Of a stretch of 64,000 bases of DNA, positions 55,671-64,000 are shown one piece after another. Numbering within the stretch: position 1 is the stretch's first letter; the number at the start of each line of letters is the position of its first letter. Below the pieces are notes generated by a model that was given only the letters and a program-made list of their open reading frames with translations, made no database searches and was not told where the DNA came from. Made by a program: the position numbers and the translations under genes. Source of the stretch: Piedraia hortae CBS 480.64 (taxonomy: Eukaryota); NCBI GenBank assembly GCA_010093745.1, contig MU005979.1:62001-126000 (forward strand), given 5' to 3'.

Positions 55671-57459
55671 GGTGGCCGATAGCCGATGCGGCCGTCTGCA
55701 CAATAGTACGGATTGGGCAACGCGTGGGCTGGCGACGCCGTGCTTCGTCCACGCAACGTTTGGTGGCGCTTTGGAGAATAAAGAGATGGGGAGAGGAGGA
55801 TGAAGACTGAATATATTGGTTCATCGCTCCGAGGCGTAGGCAGCACCAATTGCAGCACGAGAGGACGCACGCAATCTGGCGACTAAAAAAACTGCCTGGC
55901 CCCATAACGATGTGCTGGCATGCATTTCCGCCAAACGCCTGCTCTAACCACGCAGACCTTTTTGCGCCGGCATATCGCATGCATGGGGGGTGTGGGGGCG
56001 CGGGGTTCCCGGCGACAATCACACGAGGCTATATGTTGTGCGTCCATCTGCTGCGAAACAACTGGGACGCAGACCGCCAGCGTTTCCTGGTCCAGGCTCC
56101 CCGTTTTACCGCGCCTGAGCCATGGCAGCTGCTTTGCCATTGGGGGGAGATGCGCCCCGGCAGAAGAATCCAACGGGTACATGGACCCACCAAAGGCACA
56201 AGGAGTGGCATCTGCCAGCCTTGGTGCGCCTCTCCCCAACGCTGTTGCATCAACGGCCTTTGTCGTTATGTCATCGGGGCGGTATGCCAATAAGTAGAAG
56301 ACTGTGTGAATTCTTAACTCCATGTTCTGGCACTTACTTTCCCAAGTGTCGCTCTGCCTCAAAAGTCCACAGTCAAAGCTGAAACACAGCCTAAAAGCAG
56401 GGACCGACCCAGGCTGAGCCTAATCGAATGCACATAAAGTGGCGGTGAAGCGCACCCATCTACTTCTGCAGATTATTGCTTTTTTTGCATCTGCCCTAGA
56501 TGGACCACGTGAAGTTGTGGGTTAGCGGGAACGGTGCACGGTCCAAGAAAAACATTGAGTGACATCCAGGTGAATTCGTCCGATCCCGATGCCAGTAACC
56601 GTTCAGCATTTTTGTGCGGGCACGCGGAGAATTCAAGGCGGCATCTGCGTGGCTAACGCGTGCGCAGCGGCCTTGTGGCACATGGCATCCAGCCGGTTTC
56701 CTGGAGGTTACGTAGCGTCGCTTAAAAATATCAGACCATACCAAGCCCTTACATGTTCACGTGAAAAAAAAGGCAACCGACTTGCTCATGACGTCCAGCG
56801 TAAGCCGAACGGTTGGTGGTTGGTGGTACGCTCCGTGTATCCTTTGGATTGCTGCCGGATTGCCGTCGGGGGGAAGCTTCCGAACGGAAGTCGCGATCCC
56901 CTTCCCCCCCCCACCCCACCACTCCCCCGATCTCTTGCCAAATCAGGTAAAGTCATCTGCTTGATCATGTAGCTCAGCGATGCCTCGAGGCTTTTATCCT
57001 GACCGCTCAACGACGATGCTGCGTTGGGGTGGGCCACCTTTCACAGTCCCTGACATGCTTCAAAAGTAGTTATATAATGTTGCTAAGTGCTCGCTCAGCC
57101 TACCAGGCTCTCAGCCTCGATGCAGCAATGAGGTACGTGAGCATGCCCCACACCAGACAAGCGGTAACGAAAACCCACTAAAGCGGACCCGTAGGACTGC
57201 CAAGTCTCTCTCCCCGCCGGTTTGGATCGGGTCTCGAGTCTGGAAGTCCCTCGGTTCCACCACTTCGTCTCACCGCTCGGCATGTACACTCTTGGGAATA
57301 TACACCGCCGGCATCTGGAAAAATGATTGATTTTCTACTCTTACAGAAAAGGACATTGCTATCCGTACAGGGTATCTTGACGATGCACACTCCCAAACGC
57401 CCATGAATGCTCCGATAAGAGTGAAAACAAGACCCCGCGCTGTGCCCCTCTGCAAATTT

Positions 57460-59124
57460 TTACTGCTTCTTCTTTTTCTTTTTGCCTTCCCCGTCCTTGT
57501 CATCCCTCACAATCTGAATCGTGGCACCTTCCAGATTCTCGTTGATGGCCTTCAACTTGATCTGTCCTGACAAGGAGACCATGAGGTCGTGGTTGATCTC
57601 CTCTGTCTCCAATTTCGCTTGCTTCATCTCCTCGAGTTCGGCTTTCAACTTGCGTTGACTCTCTTCCGAGGCCTTGACGCGACGTAACATGCCCTCGCTC
57701 ATCTTCTTTTCGTCCTGCAACGACTTCACAGTGGAACGAGCAAGACGTTCTGCTTCGGTGCGGAGCTTCTCTGCTTTCTCGCGACCGGATTCCGCAATGG
57801 CCTTTGACTCTTGCATTTGGCCGAATTCCTTCTTCATCTGCTCAAGTTCCTCCTTCATTTCTTTGCAGCGTGCCTCAGCTGCCTCGGCGTGAGCATTGGC
57901 AGCTTCGGCCTGGCTCTTCATGCGCGCGCACAATTCCTCAAAGTGCTTTCTCTGGCTGTCAAGCTGCCCCGTAAGCAAGCACGTGTACTCAGCCGCAACG
58001 GTCTCGAGCTTCTCACGCGGGACCATTTCGTCTCCCTGAGGCTGGAAGGCATCGTTTTCGTGATGCGGGTCGGCTTTGGTCTGCACCAGACGGTGGACGT
58101 ACGCATCTCCGGCGTAGTCCCACACGTGCTGCGTAACGAGATCCATGGCAAAGCAGTGGCTGGTCTTCTCGTAGTGGGCATATGCGTGAGCGCCGTCGTA
58201 GCGTCCGCAACCGACATTGCCGCAGATGAGGCAGATCCAGAGATTTTCTGTGCCGGCGCACACGCTGCACAATGCATCTTCGTGCTCAGCAGGCGGCGCA
58301 GGACGTGCATAGGGGAACGTAAAGCTCGGATTGTGCGAGTATCTACAGATCGGACAACCCGAGTTGCGCCACTTTTCAAGGCAGGCACAATGGAAGACAT
58401 GGTCGCACGGAATCGTTAAGAGTCCCGTCGACTCATCCATGCGCTCCAGACAGACGGGACATGTAGGAAGCTCCTTGGCGGAGAGCGGCACCGTGGCTGA
58501 CTTTGCAACGAACGGATCCAGGCTGTTAAAGAACCCCGTGTCGGATGAAACCAGTTGGACGCTGTCAACAAACACAGTCTGACACGTTTCCGGGTCCGAG
58601 ACAGAGAAGACTCGACCGTCGTTGGTCTTTTGCCAGTCCAAAGCCTTTTGCGCCGAGCGAAATTTCATCAGAACCATGTATTTGTTCATGCGTTCAGTGC
58701 GAATCAGGCGGACATGGGACACGTCGTTACGTGCCTGTTCGCCTACAAACCCCAAAAAGTCCGACGGAGACATCCAGGTCGGGACTGCTAGGATGCACAG
58801 CGTTGTGCCGGCCGTATTGGTAATCGTCTTGTTCTTGTTCTTGGCATGTCTGTTCAGTGCGCTCTTTTTCTTGGCGTTGTCGGGGTGCGTAGGTTCCTTA
58901 TCGTCTCGGTAGAGGCGCACAATGCCGTGGCCAACCTTCTCCTTTTCCTCAAACGGCAAATATACCGCCTTGATGTGCTCTTTGCCGCGTTTGCGGTCCA
59001 TGTTGATGGATACTATTGCGACCGCGCCGTGCCTCCAGTCGCTATTAGAATGGTTTGGAAATGAATTTGCTTGCTCAGTCTTTGTTGTGGGGTAGAGCTC
59101 AAGCTTTAAATGGAACTTAGCCAT
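57460..59124 (-). CDS. ETP1: BRAP2/ETP1 RING-finger E3 ligase with UBP-type zinc finger
   Basis: BRAP2 domain (LCILAVPTWMSPSDFLGF), RING CPVCLERMD..C.H.FH..CL..W...CPICR, zf-UBP LWICLICGNVGCGRY and a C-terminal coiled coil. First ATG at 59124. Confidence 0.93.
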   Translation of the reverse strand: MAKFHLKLELYPTTKTEQANSFPNHSNSDWRHGAVAIVSINMDRKRGKEHIKAVYLPFEEKEKVGHGIVRLYRDDKEPTHPDNAKKKSALNRHAKNKNKTITNTAGTTLCILAVPTWMSPSDFLGFVGEQARNDVSHVRLIRTERMNKYMVLMKFRSAQKALDWQKTNDGRVFSVSDPETCQTVFVDSVQLVSSDTGFFNSLDPFVAKSATVPLSAKELPTCPVCLERMDESTGLLTIPCDHVFHCACLEKWRNSGCPICRYSHNPSFTFPYARPAPPAEHEDALCSVCAGTENLWICLICGNVGCGRYDGAHAYAHYEKTSHCFAMDLVTQHVWDYAGDAYVHRLVQTKADPHHENDAFQPQGDEMVPREKLETVAAEYTCLLTGQLDSQRKHFEELCARMKSQAEAANAHAEAAEARCKEMKEELEQMKKEFGQMQESKAIAESGREKAEKLRTEAERLARSTVKSLQDEKKMSEGMLRRVKASEESQRKLKAELEEMKQAKLETEEINHDLMVSLSGQIKLKAINENLEGATIQIVRDDKDGEGKKKKKKQ

Positions 59125-59372
59125 TGCCCTGATGCATAGTCGTGCGTAGCGATGTGTCGTGAATATGCACCGGGCCGCATACAGCTCGCGTGACGTCATT
59201 CGGGTCAGGATCGACCCCACAATCCCGCTTTGACTAGACTCTAATAGGCACGCTAGCTATAAACCTTCGCCTCCAGTGAGCACGGTATATGATACGATGG
59301 TATGACTTCTGACATCGCAGGGGATACATATGATACATAATTCATACGCGTTTCAAGAGAAAACTACATCAT

Positions 59373-60347
<975 letters not shown>

Positions 60348-60423
60348 TCAGAGTGCGGTGTGTGTAGGAGTGAAGGAGAGTGGAAGTGGCAAGGCTTTAT
60401 GTCTGTCTTCGGAGTGCACGGAC

Positions 60424-60453
60424 CACGTGTTACGTCAGCAGTCACTTCTGGAA
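60424..60453. promoter_or_regulatory. Candidate stress-response elements in the polyubiquitin promoter
   Basis: CACGTG (60424-60429), CRE-like TTACGTCA (60430-60437) and HSE-like TTCTGGAA (60446-60453), about 90-115 bp upstream of the ATG. Confidence 0.4.
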
Positions 60454-60540
60454 CCGCGGCTACTCCCGCCACCACACACCTGCCATGTCATGTGTCGTCA
60501 CTTGAAGGCTGTACGCGAGAATAACTATTAAACGATCTGT

Positions 60541-61529
60541 TCACATTTTCGACGGCGTAGAATGGCTGGCCATGCCCTTTGGCGCCAGAACAATGTCCAA
60601 ATGCAGTTCCCGCACGGCATCTCCTCCCGGTCCCTTGTGCTGTGATTGGCCTGGTGGCAGGCTCGTGAGCGGCTTGAACTTGACAACTAAGTCATCCTTG
60701 ACGGCAAAGACTGTGTCGGTGGAGAGCCACGGATCGTCATCGGGGTAGATCTGGGTGATGACGGGCTTGTAATCGTCATGAGTAATCATGAGATGAATGT
60801 GGGCTGGTCGCATGGGGTGACGATCCAAAGCCTCCAGCAACTGAAAAGCCGGGCCGTCGCGGGGAAGAGAATAAGCCGTCGGCCGGAGACAGAAAAGGCG
60901 GTATTCGCCGTTCTTGTCCGTCTTGAACTTGCCGCGGAGGTTGTTGTCACTTTGAGCCTCGTCCTGGAAGTCGTACTTTCCGTTGCTGCTCGCTTGCCAC
61001 ATGTCGAATGTGACATTGGGAATGGGCTTATGAGTCTTCAGATCGGTGATGGTGCCATGCATGTACGTCACAAGACCTTCATGCTTGTCCTGAATGATAC
61101 TGTCGCCCAAGCTCCGCCAGGGAGCATTGGGGGACCAGAATGGACCGAGAATGGCGGCTGATGTAGGCGAGTAGTTGGGATCCTCTGTCTGCACATAGTT
61201 TGCAATTTCCGTTACGAGACTGACTGGTCAGCTAAATGTCATTTATGCAGGCAAAGTACATACGATTCAAGGCCGACAATGTCTGACAGTCTGTGTAATT
61301 CGTTCCGCTTTCCCTTTGAGTCGGCCCAGAGCTTGCCGGCCTGGTTGAAGAACTCGACTGAGGCGAGCCACTCTTCTGGGGTGAGGTCCACCTCGCGGGC
61401 GAAATTATGGAGATGTCGTATGCCCGCAGAGAAGATTTGCAGCATGCGCGGGCTGGTCTTGGGCCCGCAAGTATCAATTACATGCTGGGTAAAGGAAGGG
61501 TCGTACTTTGATTGTTGCGACGCAGACAT
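60541..61529 (-). CDS. Intradiol ring-cleavage dioxygenase (catechol/hydroxyquinol 1,2-dioxygenase family), 314 aa
   Basis: IRHLHNFAREVDLT.EEW, LSDIVGLES|LV (intron 61220-61263) and ILGPFW. Fe ligands lie in GKYD, PTAYS and RPAHIH. Confidence 0.94.
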
Positions 61530-61779
61530 GATAGAATTTGTTGGTGCTTCGAGGGAGCAGCCTTTTCCTTATATGGAACTGACTGGGCCCTCTGACAGAA
61601 CATGTTGCCCCCACGGCAAATCGCTCGGCGCGTGCTGCCAAAGGCCGCTGGCCCCACCACTGCCACGGCCACTGCCACTGGCCCCGTGCCCCACCTTCCG
61701 GAACGTGATATCGGCAGCCCGGTAAAGCTTCGGCACGGGTGAATGTTTTCCCTGGTCAGCCGCACTCAAGCTGCCATGC

Positions 61780-63222
61780 CTATCTCAAGCCGAGCTCGGA
61801 TACCAGCCTCCCATCATTGGCCGCAGGTATCAATCCCAGCGAGTGGCAGATAAGATTATAGACCTCCACGTTCTGAAAAGGTTCTAGATGGGACCCGGAG
61901 AGGCTGGCGAATGCAGGTCCTCGAGCCATGAAGATGGCTCGCATGAGAGGATCGAAATTGTCGTACCCGTGTAGACCCCGTAATCCGGTGGTTGACAATT
62001 CCAGCTCGTCCCGCGTGAGCAGTGCATAACCAACTCTAGGTATGATCCAAAGCGGAGCGATTCGACCATGATTCTTGAAATTGTACTTCTTTGGAATATC
62101 CTCCCGCAGATAGATGTCAAACTTGTCTTTGTACCGAGCCAAACTTTTGCGAGCGAGCAGCTGGTTGTAAAGCTCAGTAAGAAAGTTGTTATCTTTGGGC
62201 CAAATGCCACCCAGTGGCCAGGCATCCCGACGGTGAATCAAATCCATATCAATGAGGTCGTCAAGGATGACGAAACGTGAGGGTTCCACAGCAGCCATGC
62301 CGTGGTCTGAAACAACGACGAGGTTTACAATGTCTGTCAGATTGCGTGCTTCGATTCCGAGAAGCACATCGTTGATCATTCCATCTACTCGAGCAACAGC
62401 CGTGTTCGCCTCGGCCGAGTCTGGCCCGTAACGATGAGAAGCCGAGTCCACATCGGGTACATAACCTGCAATGAATTGGGGACGGATAGCAGCATCCGAT
62501 CTTGCAGCCTGATCAAGCCAGGATAGCAAACGTTTGGCCTTTCGATCCAATGGCTCACGGGCCTTGTATTTGTCAACAATTGCGGGCTCCCAACCGCGAA
62601 TCCCACCCGTAACATCGCTTCCAGGCCACATGTGGACAGCGGCATGCAACCCCTGACGGTGAGCAGTAGCCCACAACGGCTCAGCCCCATTCCACCAACG
62701 GACTTGTAGTCTGCGAATGGGGTCGTAGTGCGAAAAGAAATCACCTTCGTCTGGGTCCCAAAACGAGTTGGCTACAATGCCGTGGTTCGAGGGATATCGT
62801 CCAGTAACCAGAGTATAGTGGTTGGGAAAGGTCAGAGTGGGAAAAGATGGGCGCATATGAGGTGGAGATAAGCCCTGACTGGCAAGAGATAGCAAGGCGG
62901 GCGTGATATTGCGTTGAAGGAAATCGGGACGGAATCCATCCAACGATATTAGAATGGTAGTTGGCAGAAACTCGTGTGTGCCATTTGTTCTTGTTGGCTG
63001 GGTTTTCCTCACAGGCTGCGCAGCATGTAAGCGGACAATGTAGTAGATGAGGCCGAGAATGAAAACGAATATCAAAAAGGAGCGGGGCCGGAGGTTTCTG
63101 AGCGAGTATCTACTGCGTCGAGAACGGCTCTGGTAAAAGGTGTGTCCGTAGTCGTCCATCTGAAGCTCTTCGTATTGATTGGCCTGTGGATCCGCATTGC
63201 GAATTGAGTAAGGTCTGTCCAT
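61780..63222 (-). CDS. Type I phosphodiesterase / nucleotide pyrophosphatase (Npp1-like), type II membrane protein
   Basis: N-terminal TM segment. Motifs ILISLDGFR, FPTLTFPNHYTLVTG, DSASHRYGP, VVSDHGM and GLHGYDN. Confidence 0.94.
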   Translation of the reverse strand: MDRPYSIRNADPQANQYEELQMDDYGHTFYQSRSRRSRYSLRNLRPRSFLIFVFILGLIYYIVRLHAAQPVRKTQPTRTNGTHEFLPTTILISLDGFRPDFLQRNITPALLSLASQGLSPPHMRPSFPTLTFPNHYTLVTGRYPSNHGIVANSFWDPDEGDFFSHYDPIRRLQVRWWNGAEPLWATAHRQGLHAAVHMWPGSDVTGGIRGWEPAIVDKYKAREPLDRKAKRLLSWLDQAARSDAAIRPQFIAGYVPDVDSASHRYGPDSAEANTAVARVDGMINDVLLGIEARNLTDIVNLVVVSDHGMAAVEPSRFVILDDLIDMDLIHRRDAWPLGGIWPKDNNFLTELYNQLLARKSLARYKDKFDIYLREDIPKKYNFKNHGRIAPLWIIPRVGYALLTRDELELSTTGLRGLHGYDNFDPLMRAIFMARGPAFASLSGSHLEPFQNVEVYNLICHSLGLIPAANDGRLVSELGLR

Positions 63223-63836
63223 CCAAGTCGTAATTTATGTTGTTTCGGATTCTATGAGCCTGACGTCTGATGCAGCGGAGCCTTGTTGGGTTGCTGGCTT
63301 AGATTGTGCAAAGTCAAGTGCTCTTTGTCCTAAACATATCTACGGACATTCATTACGGACAGTTTGTCAAATACCACGATTTTCCGGCTGCAAGCTCACT
63401 GATCACACCATTTCCACAGCATTACATTCTAATTGATACATTTACTGCTTAATGGCATCCTCTCTAACATACAGTTGCTTTTGTTTTCCATCCCCTTTGG
63501 CCACAAAACCTGCATAGAATCGAAAGCGGTACAACGCATCTGCACTACGATAAAATCGGAATTTCAAACAGTCACACAGCACCATTTCCCAAACACGGTT
63601 TGAAACGCGGCAAAGAGCCGTGTGTGGCACACTGTCGGTCTTGTGATGCTCCTCTGTCTCGGTTTTACATTACGTAGACGATGGTCATTAGAGATACAGT
63701 AAGCAGCCAAACAGTAAACAAGACATGTACACATGAGTGGCATGAAAACGTTGCAACCATTCGAGCCGAAACGTTTGGTAGTGGAGACCGCGATTGCTCG
63801 ACTAGTCTGCCATAGAACGATAGGGGGCGAAGGGTC

Positions 63837-64000
63837 TCATTTGCTGAAACCGTTGTATTCAACTCCTTGCATGGCGCTGCTGTTCAGAGGCGGAAGGGAA
63901 ATGGCGCCGCCATTGGCCTGAGACGACTGTTGGCTGAGCTGGGAGGTATAAGGGCCATAGACATGAGGAGAACCAGGATCCAGCCGGCGCAAGTGCTGAT
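63837..64000 (-). CDS. 3' end of a gene entering from beyond the window
   Basis: Open frame QHLRRLDPGSPHVYGPYTSQLSQQSSQANGGAISLPPLNSSAMQGVEYNGFSK* ends at TGA 63837-63839. The tail is transcription-factor-like in composition, but I could not determine the family. Confidence 0.6.
   Translation of the reverse strand, partial: QHLRRLDPGSPHVYGPYTSQLSQQSSQANGGAISLPPLNSSAMQGVEYNGFSK

Noticed and set aside
54989..55870. 293-aa ORF as listed in the track
   Set aside because: The N-terminal part is UTR and intron read-through; the spliced model starting at 55670 fits better.

Overview
Gene-dense, intron-poor genomic DNA from a filamentous ascomycete (Pezizomycotina). The basis is spliceosomal introns of mostly 43-56 nt with CTRAC/CTRAT-type branch sites, a Zn2Cys6 factor and a fungal Argonaute. 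About 27 protein-coding loci are present, mostly housekeeping: APC permease, tandem-UBC E2, CYSTM protein, two F-box proteins, CDF metal transporter, Nup98-Nup96, Zn2Cys6 TF, Argonaute, CM1 protein, cyclase-family hydrolase, GH81 glucanase, mitochondrial IleRS, MRP10, SDR epimerase, MPG1, S10 carboxypeptidase, dsRBD-like protein, ETP1/BRAP2, polyubiquitin, intradiol dioxygenase and NPP. Several things are not visible in the ORF track: a single in-frame TAA interrupting an otherwise intact permease; a 1000-bp TIR element with a 10-bp TSD (non-autonomous Mutator-like); two copies of one solo-LTR family 32 kb apart; a spliced CYSTM gene; a GC-AG intron; a 240-aa RGG/DYR extension on the Argonaute; a PIR motif on the GH81; and recurrent sharp C/A-rich to G/T-rich strand-skew switches that ignore gene orientation. 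I found no biosynthetic cluster, tRNA or rRNA, and no novel multi-gene system that I can support. All family assignments come from motif recognition by eye, not from database searches.
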